Source of the DNA: Alkalispirochaeta sp.
GTDB taxonomy: Bacteria > Spirochaetota > Spirochaetia > DSM-27196 > Alkalispirochaetaceae
DNA length: 64,000 nt
Assembly (NCBI GenBank): GCA_965242725.1
Contig: CBDESZ010000007.1
Coordinates: forward strand, 32,001-96,000
Direction of reading: 5' to 3'
Below the pieces are notes generated by a model. It made no database searches. It was not told where the DNA came from and saw only the letters and a program-made list of their open reading frames with translations. The translations under genes were made by a program, and so were the position numbers. Below, piece by piece: positions 20,644 to 30,105 of this stretch (its first letter is position 1; each line of letters starts with the position of its first letter).

Positions 20644-20675
20644 AACAATACGGAGACGTCTCTCTTCCCGATGCC

Positions 20676-21299
20676 TCAATAGATCAGCATCGGCGTGCAT
20701 CCAACAAATTGCGACGATTTTGCCTGGGAGAGGATAAAATCCGCGACGTCGGCGCGTGAGATTCTTCCACCATGGATACCCTCAAGATCGGTCAAGACCC
20801 GATAGTTCCCCGTCCGTGGACCATTATTCAAAAAGCCTGGTCTGACAATGATCCAACGAGTGAGTGCGCGCTGAATGGTGCGTTCCTGGCGGTCTTTGTC
20901 GGCATATATTCTGCGCAGGACAAGGGGAAGAAAAACCCTGTCGTATAGGAAACCACAATGCCCTTTGCTATCGCCTGCGCCAAGACCGGTCACCGTGATA
21001 AGGAGTTGATCGGAGGAGAGCACCTTTGTAAGGTGTTCCGCGCAACTCGAAAAGAGGGTCGTCCTCTCCGTCACCCTTGCCGTACCCAGGCAATCACAGA
21101 CGACGTCCTGTCCATCGACAACTCTTGAGATCGATAGAAAATCCGTTGCATCTCCCGGGATGATTTCCAGATTTCCGTCAGTGACGGGCATCCGTGCGGG
21201 GTCGCGGGCGAGGGCCGTAATATTATGGCCTTCTGCCAGGGCCAGTTGTACCAGTTCCAGACCAATACCCCGGGTGGCACCTATTACAGCGATTTTCAC
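20676..21299 (-). CDS. NAD(P)H-binding oxidoreductase (atypical SDR / flavin reductase-like)
   Basis: KIAVIGATRGIG, WIIVRPG, ISRADVADF. GGAGG before GTG 21299. Confidence 0.88.
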   Translation of the reverse strand: MKIAVIGATRGIGLELVQLALAEGHNITALARDPARMPVTDGNLEIIPGDATDFLSISRVVDGQDVVCDCLGTARVTERTTLFSSCAEHLTKVLSSDQLLITVTGLGAGDSKGHCGFLYDRVFLPLVLRRIYADKDRQERTIQRALTRWIIVRPGFLNNGPRTGNYRVLTDLEGIHGGRISRADVADFILSQAKSSQFVGCTPMLIY

Positions 21300-21477
21300 G
21301 ATGAGACCTCCTGTAGGTAAGAGACCTACAGCATGCATCCATTTTCGTAGATGAATATACCCCCCGATAACGTAACCTTCAGATCTCTGCGTGATCTTCC
21401 CACCATGAATGGATCGAGCATGACGAGACGGAAGCGCGAACCGAGACTTCGACTTTCATCGACGTTCCCACTTTCCA

Positions 21478-22074
21478 TCACACCACGATAAACGCCACCG
21501 AACCGAGGGTGAGGGCGCCGAGGGTCAGCCTGACAGCGCGGGAGGACCCCGGCGAGGTCATCATCGCGCCCAGGAGCGTACCGAAACCTGCCCAGAGGGA
21601 GATTGAAATCGGCGTGATCGCGACAAAGACCGCGATGATCACTATCGCCGACGGCACGTATGCCGGTCCCGACAGGGTATACACCGACATGGCGGTAACG
21701 GTCATGATGTACGCCTTGGGGTTGAGGTACTGAAATGCCGCGCCTTCAAGAAAGGACATCGGTCGTTCCCGGGAGACCGTTCCCGTCTTCCCGGGTGAGG
21801 AAAAGGCGATGCGAAAAGCCAGATAGACGAGATATGCCGACCCGGCGACCTTCAGTATGGTCCGCAGCACCGGCACCGATTCAAACAGCGCCCCGAGTCC
21901 GAGTGCGCTCAAGGCGAGGAGGCTCACAAGACCTGCGACGATTCCGCAAATGAAGGGTATCGTGCGGCGGTACCCGTAGGATGCACCCGATGCGGTAAGG
22001 AGCATGTTGTTGGGGCCGGGAGTGATGCTCATAGTAATGGCAAAGAGCAGCACCGGTATCAGAATCGTTTCCAT
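21478..22074 (-). CDS. LysE/RhtB family amino-acid exporter
   Basis: SITPGPNN, GSAYLVYLA, FQYLNPKA. Confidence 0.92.
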   Translation of the reverse strand: METILIPVLLFAITMSITPGPNNMLLTASGASYGYRRTIPFICGIVAGLVSLLALSALGLGALFESVPVLRTILKVAGSAYLVYLAFRIAFSSPGKTGTVSRERPMSFLEGAAFQYLNPKAYIMTVTAMSVYTLSGPAYVPSAIVIIAVFVAITPISISLWAGFGTLLGAMMTSPGSSRAVRLTLGALTLGSVAFIVV

Positions 22075-22119
22075 ACGATCCTCCTTCTTCTCGGTATGCA
22101 TGGTAGGAGACGAATCACA

Positions 22120-22160
22120 ACCATAACAGACACAGATTGTTGACTTATCGACCATAACAG
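22120..22160. promoter_or_regulatory. Likely MocR operator: ACCATAACAG direct repeat
   Basis: Exact 10-mers at 22120-22129 and 22151-22160 (31-bp period) between the divergent lysE-like and mocR-like genes. Confidence 0.7.
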
Positions 22161-22168
22161 TTCACCCT

Positions 22169-23635
22169 TTGCCGGTGGAGGATTCGATACAGGATTCAAA
22201 GGGACGGACCCTATTCAAGTACGTCGAAATCGTTGATCACATCTCCCGGGCGATACAATCGGGGGCTATTCCCCGGGGGGACAAGCTGCCGTCACTGCGG
22301 ACGATGACCCGCCGATACGGGTGCTCCCTGTCGGTGGTGATGCAGGCGTACCGGGAACTGGAACGAATGGGTGTGGTCTACGCCCGGGAGCGGTCGGGAT
22401 ACTTCGCGGCGCCCTCCAGGCGGTTGAGGACACCGACGTTCTATCCCCGTGAAGGTGCCGGGAGCGAAGCACCGTCGGAACCGGTCAAGCCGGTGAGCAT
22501 CCTCGGCAGAATCGTCAACGCGAGTAACGACACGGATCTCGTGCCCCTCGGTGCGGGAATCCCCGACGCGACCCTCCTGCCCCTGAGCGGACTGAGCCGA
22601 TCCCTGATAAGGATGAGCCGTGATCGCACCACTCTGCTCCACGAGTACAGCAACGAGGCGGGGAGTAACGCCCTGCGCCGTCGGATCGCGCAACACATGA
22701 TATCCCGGGGAGTGACGGTCACCCCGGAGGAAATTCTGATTACCAACGGCTGTATCGAGGCGCTGAGTCTGGCGATACAGGCGTGCACCGCTCCCGGGGA
22801 CGCCGTAGCGGTGGAAAGCCCGGTATTTCTCGGAACGATTCAACTGCTCACCGACCTGCACCGCCGTATCCTTCCCGTCCCCACCTCTCCGGAGCGGGGT
22901 ATGGATCTGGACAGCCTGGAAGGACTCCTCACAAAGAACGAGGTCAAGGCGATCATCATGACCGCGGTTCACCAGAATCCCCTCGGCTTTGTGATGCCCC
23001 CGGAAGCGCGCCGCCGCGCCGTGGATATCGCCGTCCGGCACGGCGTTCCCCTCATAGAAGACGATATTTACAGCGAGACATCCTTCAATCACGAGACACA
23101 ATGGCCCCTGCGCAGCTTCGACCAGGGAAATACCGTGCTCTATTGTTCGTCCTTCTCCAAGACCCTCGGACCGGGCATGCGGATCGGCTGGTTACTTGAC
23201 GGGGCGCACCGCGAGCGTACACGGGCGCTCAAGACCGCAACCACTCTCGGAGTGGCGCCGCTCCTGCAGGAGGCGCTGGCGGATTTTCTCTCCACCGCGC
23301 GATACACCCACCACATGAAACGTCTGCAGACACAGATTGCCGGCCAGGCGCACACGTTGAAACACGTGATTCTGGACACCTGGCCCGATTCCATCGCCAT
23401 GACCGATCCCGCCGGCGGGTACTATTTCTGGGTGGAACTGCCGGAAACAATAGACTCCCTCACCCTCTTTGAAGCGGCCCTGAAGCGCGGCATCAGCATT
23501 GTTCCCGGCCAGGCCTTCGGCGGTCGCGACCGCTTTCGCAACTTCATCCGCCTCAGCTACGGCTCGCCAGTCACCGACCGGACGCGAACCGCGATAGAGA
23601 CGTTGGGGGCGATGATCGCGGAAGGCGATAGGTAG
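22169..23635 (+). CDS. MocR-family regulator (GntR wHTH plus PLP aminotransferase domain)
   Basis: GDKLPSLR...QAYRELE; IEDDIY; SSFSKTLGPGMRIGW. Start uncertain. Confidence 0.93.
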   Translation: MPVEDSIQDSKGRTLFKYVEIVDHISRAIQSGAIPRGDKLPSLRTMTRRYGCSLSVVMQAYRELERMGVVYARERSGYFAAPSRRLRTPTFYPREGAGSEAPSEPVKPVSILGRIVNASNDTDLVPLGAGIPDATLLPLSGLSRSLIRMSRDRTTLLHEYSNEAGSNALRRRIAQHMISRGVTVTPEEILITNGCIEALSLAIQACTAPGDAVAVESPVFLGTIQLLTDLHRRILPVPTSPERGMDLDSLEGLLTKNEVKAIIMTAVHQNPLGFVMPPEARRRAVDIAVRHGVPLIEDDIYSETSFNHETQWPLRSFDQGNTVLYCSSFSKTLGPGMRIGWLLDGAHRERTRALKTATTLGVAPLLQEALADFLSTARYTHHMKRLQTQIAGQAHTLKHVILDTWPDSIAMTDPAGGYYFWVELPETIDSLTLFEAALKRGISIVPGQAFGGRDRFRNFIRLSYGSPVTDRTRTAIETLGAMIAEGDR

Positions 23636-23672
23636 CAGCCCCGAAAGACCGTTCCCGCGAGGTCTGCGCCGC

Positions 23673-24230
23673 TCACACCCGCTTCCACATCCAGATATCG
23701 GGCTTATGCGGCCCGTTTGCGTCGGGAATCACCCCGACAATGCGATAGCCGCACGATTCATAGAACTCGTAGGGGTGGTTCCCCACGTTCCGTATCGCCC
23801 GAATCTCCTCCAAGATATTGTCTCCGTCAATGTCCGTCAGAGACAGCGACGTCTGAAACCGCTCGTCGTCCGTCCCGAGGACGATACCGATAACGCCCCG
23901 CCCCCGTGCAATCCGCTCAATCTCCTCAAGGAGGCGCCGTCCGATTCCTTTCCTCTGATGCCGTGTGTCGACGACCAGGGGATGCATCTCCCACGTCTTT
24001 TCATACATGGGACGCAACCCGATCCACCCGCACAACACATCGCCCTCACGCAGGCCGATGCAGACGTTGGGCTTCGCGATGCACTCCTCCACTTCCCGGC
24101 GGGCGCTCTCATAATCCGGCCACGTGCGGTTGCCCAGTGCGGTAAAGGTCTCCGTCAGAATACGTGCCGCCTGATCGATCCATCCTTCCGATTCCGCAAT
24201 CACACAAAACAGATGATCCCCTCTGTCCAC
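23673..24230 (-). CDS. aac(6'): AAC(6')-Ia-family aminoglycoside N-acetyltransferase homolog (GNAT)
   Basis: GWIGLRPMY..TWE.HPLVV, LGTDDE...TSLS, HPYEFY...GY.IVG.IP.ANG..KPDIWMWK, recalled as AAC(6')-Ia family motifs. Confidence 0.85.
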   Translation of the reverse strand: MDRGDHLFCVIAESEGWIDQAARILTETFTALGNRTWPDYESARREVEECIAKPNVCIGLREGDVLCGWIGLRPMYEKTWEMHPLVVDTRHQRKGIGRRLLEEIERIARGRGVIGIVLGTDDERFQTSLSLTDIDGDNILEEIRAIRNVGNHPYEFYESCGYRIVGVIPDANGPHKPDIWMWKRV

Positions 24231-24345
24231 GCTCGTTCCCTTTCTTTCAATTGTATATGTTGAACGCCGGCGTTCTGCGTAGCCGCATCGTATGCTGCCG
24301 GGCGCCCAACCGGCTCAATGGGCGTGCCCGTCGGCCGGACATCCG

Positions 24346-24789
24346 TCACTTCAGCTCCTCCGCAAGGCCTATAAGCAGCCCTTCGGGGCCGCAGATGTAG
24401 CACAGACGGTACGTATCTTCGTACTGCACCACCTCTCCCAGAAGCTTCACCTCGTACTTTGAAAGACTGCGCAGCGTCTCATCGAGATCATCGACGGTAA
24501 ACATGATCCGCAGATAACCGAGCGTGTTAACCGGTGCGGTGCGATGGTCGCCGACCACCGGGGGAGTCAGAAACCGGGAAAGCTCGATCCGGCTGTTGCC
24601 GTCGGGAGTCACCATCATGGCAATCTCCACCTCCTGATTGTCCAGACCCGTAACGCGGCCGGCCCACTCACCTTCGACGACGGCGCGTCCCACAAGACTC
24701 ATACCGAGGTCGGTAAAAAAGGCGATGGCGAGGTCCAATGATTCAACCACTACTCCCACATTGTCCATACGTTTGAGGGGCATTTCCAT
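24346..24789 (-). CDS. VOC/glyoxalase family protein
   Basis: RMDNVGVVVE...AFFTDLG...IELSRF...YRLCYI.GPEG..I.LAE. Confidence 0.9.
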   Translation of the reverse strand: MEMPLKRMDNVGVVVESLDLAIAFFTDLGMSLVGRAVVEGEWAGRVTGLDNQEVEIAMMVTPDGNSRIELSRFLTPPVVGDHRTAPVNTLGYLRIMFTVDDLDETLRSLSKYEVKLLGEVVQYEDTYRLCYICGPEGLLIGLAEELK

Positions 24790-24877
24790 TTATCTCCCTT
24801 GAAGGAACGTTCATTTCGTGTTCGTCCCGGGTCGGTCGGTCGGCATTCCAGCCGTATGATACGGTACACCCGCCAAC

Positions 24878-25696
24878 TTACCGCAGCGGCGGAAGGGCGA
24901 TTTCAAAAAGGACGCTCGACGCGGTAGGCGGCACGGTCGTCAAATACCCGATCCCCAGTTCCAGCTTCCAAACGTCCATTCGGACAAAGGATCCTACCGC
25001 CGCATGATAGTCCGAGAACTCATCACCATAGTCCCAGTACGGTCCGCCGATAACGGAGAATGTCGGCCCTCGGGATGTGTCATTTGCGGCACGAATCGTA
25101 TCGATCAAGGCAAACTGATCATCGATAATGGTCCGATACGACTCTAGAACTCCGGAGATTCCGTTAATCGCCTCCCGGGTAGTTTCTACGTTCTCCCGCA
25201 AGGACGCAATGATCACATTCGAGTGTTCGTTCCCGGTCTTCAGGCTTTCCAGAATGGCCCCAAGCTCCGCGTTCAGAACGCGGATTTTTTCCATGCGCTG
25301 GTGATAATCGACGAGGAGTGTACCAAGTTCGCCTATCGCCACATCCTGGGCGGTGGAAGCGACATAGGCAAATCGATACGCGTCCGCCAGTTGCTTCTCT
25401 TCTTCTGATCTCAGAAACGTTATCGGTTCGTCATCAATGACAAAGCGCTCAACGATGGTGCTGTCCCGTCTGCCCACTTTCGCATACAGCTCCCGATAAT
25501 GGTCGATGAGGTTATTGATGTCTTGCTGCGTCAACTCATCGTTACCGTAAAAGGTGCCGCGAATGTGTTCCTGAACTTCCGGGCGTATCGAGCTGATCAC
25601 GGTGTCTTCCGGAAAGACCGGGCCAGTCTGTGTCCAGGCAATGGCGCCCGTCAATATCAGCATTGCTCCCGGAAGAATGTTCCGAAGGCAGCGCAT
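24878..25696 (-). CDS. Exported hypothetical protein with a coiled coil and C-terminal amphipathic beta strands
   Basis: Signal peptide; TAATG coupling to the upstream gene; no family recognised. Confidence 0.7.
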   Translation of the reverse strand: MRCLRNILPGAMLILTGAIAWTQTGPVFPEDTVISSIRPEVQEHIRGTFYGNDELTQQDINNLIDHYRELYAKVGRRDSTIVERFVIDDEPITFLRSEEEKQLADAYRFAYVASTAQDVAIGELGTLLVDYHQRMEKIRVLNAELGAILESLKTGNEHSNVIIASLRENVETTREAINGISGVLESYRTIIDDQFALIDTIRAANDTSRGPTFSVIGGPYWDYGDEFSDYHAAVGSFVRMDVWKLELGIGYLTTVPPTASSVLFEIALPPLR

Positions 25697-26046
25697 TATT
25701 CACCGTTCTCCGAAGCCATTGACCCGGATCCCACGGTAGAAGTGAGCCAGTCGATACGATCCACCAGTTGCTTGCCCCTGAGCAGGAGCGCTTCCTCTTC
25801 GTCGTTCAGCCCCTGAATCATTTCGAGACCGCTCATAATTTCACCGGTCTCGTTGCGGAGCGCGTTGAGATACCGCACTTCCGATTCCCGGGCGGCGCGG
25901 TACTCTTCTTCCATCCGTGTCAGGGTAACGTCGATAAGGACATTTCTCATTCGCTGGAGTTCGAGGTATTGCACGAGCAACAACACACTCACGATGACGA
26001 GAGCCGCGATCAGAACGGCCGTCAGGGGCGTAATTCCACGTTCCAT
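25696..26046 (-). CDS. Single-TM coiled-coil hypothetical protein
   Basis: GGAGG SD; N-terminal TM followed by a heptad-rich helix. Confidence 0.75.
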   Translation of the reverse strand: MERGITPLTAVLIAALVIVSVLLLVQYLELQRMRNVLIDVTLTRMEEEYRAARESEVRYLNALRNETGEIMSGLEMIQGLNDEEEALLLRGKQLVDRIDWLTSTVGSGSMASENGE

Positions 26047-26060
26047 AGATTCCTCCTCCG

Positions 26061-26687
26061 TTAGTTTTTCTTGTCGGGAAATATCGCTTCGCCTTTGGTA
26101 AGCCAGGAAACGCCGAATGCTATGAGGGCGATCGTCTCGCCCCAGAAGATAAACGACGATGTGTCGCCGGGCTCTCTGACCTGGAAATAGATAAAGATGG
26201 CAAAGAGCGCGCAGACCATGACGACCCCGCAGGCAATGTATATGCGATTCCTGACACGTTTCCGTGGCGTCCGCTTCTCCGGTGCAACTCCCCGGGTAAA
26301 GAGAAAGAGAGAGAAAAAGGAGAGGGTAAGAAAGAAGAGGGTTGCGCTGGCAAGATGGATCGTCCGGACCCAGGGCGGGAATTCACCCACTGCCGGAAAT
26401 AGGGCAACTCCTATGGCGAATATCGCCGCGGCATTGCCGGTCCAGTCGTCGAGCGGTTCATATCCGGCGTAAAAAAACATGAACAAACCGACCGCACACA
26501 TGGCACCGACAAATACGTCGCCCATCCGGGAATCGTAATACCCGCTGATTGAGGGTCCGATACCCGGTACGTCGCCGATAATATTGGTTCCGACCACAAG
26601 GGCCGCGGGCAGGAGAACGCCGATCCACCCGACGCTCTTTCGCAGCCCCATGTAGGAATACGTATGAATTTTGTACTTCTGATCCAT
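26061..26687 (-). CDS. DUF998-like multi-pass membrane protein
   Basis: SYMGLRKSVGWIG, SISGYY, FVGAMCAVG, IH..SA..FF, E.IAL.AFG.SWL.KG; GGAGG SD. Confidence 0.75.
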   Translation of the reverse strand: MDQKYKIHTYSYMGLRKSVGWIGVLLPAALVVGTNIIGDVPGIGPSISGYYDSRMGDVFVGAMCAVGLFMFFYAGYEPLDDWTGNAAAIFAIGVALFPAVGEFPPWVRTIHLASATLFFLTLSFFSLFLFTRGVAPEKRTPRKRVRNRIYIACGVVMVCALFAIFIYFQVREPGDTSSFIFWGETIALIAFGVSWLTKGEAIFPDKKN

Positions 26688-26949
26688 GAATACCTCCTCC
26701 CGGTGACCTGATTCACATTGCCGGATACGGAACTCGGGAGAACATCCATGGCCCACAGAACAGAACCTGAAAAGCACTGTTGTGCCAATCCGGCACAAAT
26801 TTCGCTATATTATAACACCATTGTATGAGATCATTGGTGGTGGAGTCCTATAACTTTTGGAGGCAATCCGGTTCACGATTTTGCGTTCAAGGTTGTCCCG
26901 ACGTTTCCCGGTGTCCCGCGTCATCAATAGCCGCCACGGCCGTCGCAGT

Positions 26950-28134
26950 TCAAAGTACTTTGAGTGCCTCGGACAGATCCTTTTGCAGAGTCTCCGGGGC
27001 ATCCAGTCCGATGTGGAGCCGGATAAGTCGTTCGTTGCCGTCGGCGATCACCCGTTCCGGAGAAAGCCTGGCGGCCATCGGAAATACGAGGCTCTCAAAT
27101 CCGCCCCAACTCACCCCGATCCGAAAGTGGCGCAGCTCATTGGTAAAGCGCCTGATCGCGACGACGGACGGGTCCGCCAGGGATATGGTGATCAGGCCGT
27201 TGCCTCCATGCATCTGCCGGGTAAAGAGTTCATGCTGCGGATGGGATGACAGCGGAGGGTATATGACCCGATCGACCTTTGGATGCCCCTGGAGATAGAC
27301 GGCGATCTTTGTCGCGCTCTCGTAATGCTGTTTCAGGCGGATCTGCAGGGTCCTGAGTCCGCGCTGTATCAGCCAGGCGTTGGATGGCGTGGCGATATGC
27401 CCGAGGGGGAGGAGTTCGCCCCAAAAAATGCGGTCCATCAGCGCCTTGGAGCCGATAACGACACCCGCAACGAGATCGCTGTGCCCACCTATATACTTGC
27501 TCACGGAGTGAACGACCAGGTCGATTCCGAGCTCCAGCGGATGCTGGTACAGCGGCGTCGCCCAGGTATTATCGATAACCGTGTGCACGCCTCGTTGTCG
27601 TGCCAGCTCACCGACGGTCCGGAGATCCTGAAGCCGAAAGGTCACGCTTGTCGGCGACTCGAGGAATATGAGCCTGGTCTGTGGTGTAAGGGCGGCTTCA
27701 AATTCGTCCACCGAAGTACCCGGCACAAAGGTGACACTCATACCAAACCGCGCGAGATAGGTCACAAACAGGTAGCGGGTCCAGGAGTAACAGTCCTCGA
27801 CGCATACGACGTGGTCACCGGCCTGCAACAGCGACATGGACGCCGCAGCGATCGCCGAAACCCCGGAGGAGAACATTCTCGCATCCTCCCCTCCTTCAAG
27901 GGCGGCAAGTTTTGTCTCCAGATCTCGAATGGTGGGGTTGTTTCCCCGGCTGTACAGGTATGACCCGCTCTGGTCGGTGATTGCCTCGCGAAACGCGTCG
28001 AAATCGGCGTGGGAGAAGAGGGATGTCTGATAGATCGGTGAGGTGATCGATCCGTGAGGAGTCGCGCCGGGAGGATCTTCCATAAGGATACGCGCCGGAT
28101 CGTCGGACGCACGGGCGATACCCGCTTCGTTCAC
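26950..28134 (-). CDS. PLP-dependent trans-sulfuration family enzyme (cystathionine gamma-synthase / beta-lyase-like)
   Basis: PIYQTS, YSRGNNPT, ESPTS, DNTWATP, HSVSKYIGGHSD (PLP lysine), SWGGFESL. Confidence 0.92.
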   Translation of the reverse strand: MNEAGIARASDDPARILMEDPPGATPHGSITSPIYQTSLFSHADFDAFREAITDQSGSYLYSRGNNPTIRDLETKLAALEGGEDARMFSSGVSAIAAASMSLLQAGDHVVCVEDCYSWTRYLFVTYLARFGMSVTFVPGTSVDEFEAALTPQTRLIFLESPTSVTFRLQDLRTVGELARQRGVHTVIDNTWATPLYQHPLELGIDLVVHSVSKYIGGHSDLVAGVVIGSKALMDRIFWGELLPLGHIATPSNAWLIQRGLRTLQIRLKQHYESATKIAVYLQGHPKVDRVIYPPLSSHPQHELFTRQMHGGNGLITISLADPSVVAIRRFTNELRHFRIGVSWGGFESLVFPMAARLSPERVIADGNERLIRLHIGLDAPETLQKDLSEALKVL

Positions 28135-28145
28135 TTCGTCCCCTC

Positions 28146-30092
28146 TCAGCAACCCGGTATCCACACCTTCATCTTGCCGGCACGTCGATTGTCCCAGAGA
28201 AAATACGGTATCGCCGTAAGCTCAACGGCTTGTCGGGGCAGAGACGGCTCATAATAAAGCACATCGTCCGAGGACCCGTCCCGGTCGCGCCACCCCTCAA
28301 TTTTCAGTGCAACGGCAGATTCCGGGAGCTCCGCACTGTGCTCCTCTTCTATCCCTGCAGTCAGAGAGGCGGAAGCCACATCCATGGCGGTTCCGTTGTC
28401 CACTTCCTCAAAGCAGTAGACGAGGGGCCCCCTGGCGTAGGCGACCTTGGCGCGGTTCTCCGCCACGCGCGGGTCGGCTCTGAGCACTCGGGGGGCCATC
28501 GGGAGGTCCAGGGACAACGAGGCTCTTCCCTCCCACTGCCGTTCTACAATGAGATAGCCCCGCTCCACGCGACGGTCCACCGGCTCCCCATTCAGGGAAA
28601 GACGGTACTCTCCGGCCCAGGAGGGCAGTCGCAGCATGAGTTTTCCCGTTACCGGACTCTCCGGCTCTACTTCGATTTCGATCTCTCCCTCCCGGGGATA
28701 GTGGTGACGCTGGGTGATTCTCGCAGGTACACCGTTGAGGTCCACCCCGGCGTGCCCGGCAATGTATAGATTGACGTAGCAGCCGTCCCGGTCGGAGGCG
28801 TAGATGTATCCACCCAGGGATCCGATAAGCCGGGCGGCATTCGGCGGGCAGCAGGCGCATTCAAACCACGGTTCACGGTGGTGGTCGCCTTCGCTTTCCA
28901 GAGGATTGATGTAGAAAAAGCGCTCACCGTCGTGGGAGACCCCTGCAAGAAAGGCGTTGTAGAGCACCCGTTCCGCCAGATCGTAGTATTTTCCTTCACC
29001 GGTCAGCCGGAACATCCGGAAGTTCCAGAGAAAAGAGCCTACGGAAGCACAGGTTTCGGAATAGGCCGTGCGGTTGGGCAAGTCGTAGGGGTCCGTGAAT
29101 CCTTCATTCCCGTGGGAGGAACCGATGCCGCCGGTGACGTACATCTTGCGCCGTGTCATATCCTCCCAGAGCGCTTTTAGCTGATCCCGCATCGCTTCAT
29201 CTCCCGTCTCCAGCGCCACGTCCGCCATGCCGCAATACTGATACACCGCACGAACGGCGTGGCCGACTACTTCCCGCTGCTTCCGGAGGGGAAGGTGATC
29301 CTGGGCGTAGGAGCCGTCGTAGTTACCAAACTCATCGAGGAAAAGAGCCCGCACATGTGCGGCAAAGTCGGGATAGCCCTGGACCCGTTTTCCGGCAATT
29401 TGGTCAAGCCGGGCAAACTCCCGGGCAAAGAGAGAAGGCTCTCGACCTCTCCGTTCCAGGAAGAGCCGGGCTAACTCCAGATATCGGGACACACCTGTTT
29501 CGCGATAGAGTGAGACCAGGGCTAGTTCCAGCTCCTGATGTCCCGGATAGCCGCTCCTTCCATCGGGACCAAAGACCTCGTAGATATAGTCCACAAAGCG
29601 TATCGCCACATTCAGGAGGCGCTCGTCACCGGTGGCCCGTTTGTATACGAGGGCCGCCTCCACCAGATGACCGGCACAGAAGAGCTCATGCATGAAGTTG
29701 AGATTGGTCCACCGCTTGTCGGGTTCACTGAGGGTGAAATAGGTGTTGAGGTATCCATCTTCCTGTTGCGCCGCTTCGATGAGATCGATAATGCCATCCA
29801 GTTCTTCCTTAAGCTCCTCGTCCGGAAAAAGCAGGAGAGAATGCGAGGCCGCTTCCAGAACCTTGTAGACGTCGGAATCATTGTAGAGCATACCCACAAA
29901 GCCACCGCGCTCTCTTCCCGCAGCCCGTGCAAAGTTGCCGATCCGCCCCGTTTCCTTCAGGTTATCCAACAAACGCCGAATCGTGACGTTATGGTTTGTC
30001 TGCTGCCGGGGCTGCCAGAAATCGTCCCGTATCGTTACCTGTTCCGGAGAAACGGGGACTCGTGGGGTTATTTCATCTGTGCGGTTTTTCAC
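28146..30092 (-). CDS. Glycoside hydrolase family 127 (HypBA1-like)
   Basis: DSDVYK, HELFCAGH, GHQELELAL, GHAVRA, YSETCA and CACCPPN (Zn/Cys catalytic motifs). Confidence 0.93.
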   Translation of the reverse strand: MKNRTDEITPRVPVSPEQVTIRDDFWQPRQQTNHNVTIRRLLDNLKETGRIGNFARAAGRERGGFVGMLYNDSDVYKVLEAASHSLLLFPDEELKEELDGIIDLIEAAQQEDGYLNTYFTLSEPDKRWTNLNFMHELFCAGHLVEAALVYKRATGDERLLNVAIRFVDYIYEVFGPDGRSGYPGHQELELALVSLYRETGVSRYLELARLFLERRGREPSLFAREFARLDQIAGKRVQGYPDFAAHVRALFLDEFGNYDGSYAQDHLPLRKQREVVGHAVRAVYQYCGMADVALETGDEAMRDQLKALWEDMTRRKMYVTGGIGSSHGNEGFTDPYDLPNRTAYSETCASVGSFLWNFRMFRLTGEGKYYDLAERVLYNAFLAGVSHDGERFFYINPLESEGDHHREPWFECACCPPNAARLIGSLGGYIYASDRDGCYVNLYIAGHAGVDLNGVPARITQRHHYPREGEIEIEVEPESPVTGKLMLRLPSWAGEYRLSLNGEPVDRRVERGYLIVERQWEGRASLSLDLPMAPRVLRADPRVAENRAKVAYARGPLVYCFEEVDNGTAMDVASASLTAGIEEEHSAELPESAVALKIEGWRDRDGSSDDVLYYEPSLPRQAVELTAIPYFLWDNRRAGKMKVWIPGC

Positions 30093-30105
30093 TGGGAAGC
30101 TCTCC

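Noticed and set aside
24231..24345. Possible attC site beside the aac(6')-like gene
   Set aside because: GTTGGGC and a short CGCCCA/TGGGCG stem are present, but there is no properly placed RYYYAAC...GTTRRRY pair and no integrase in the window.
26780..26798. TTGTGCC-N5-GGCACAA inverted repeat upstream of the envelope operon
   Set aside because: A real 7-bp palindrome, but it cannot be assigned as operator or terminator from one copy.
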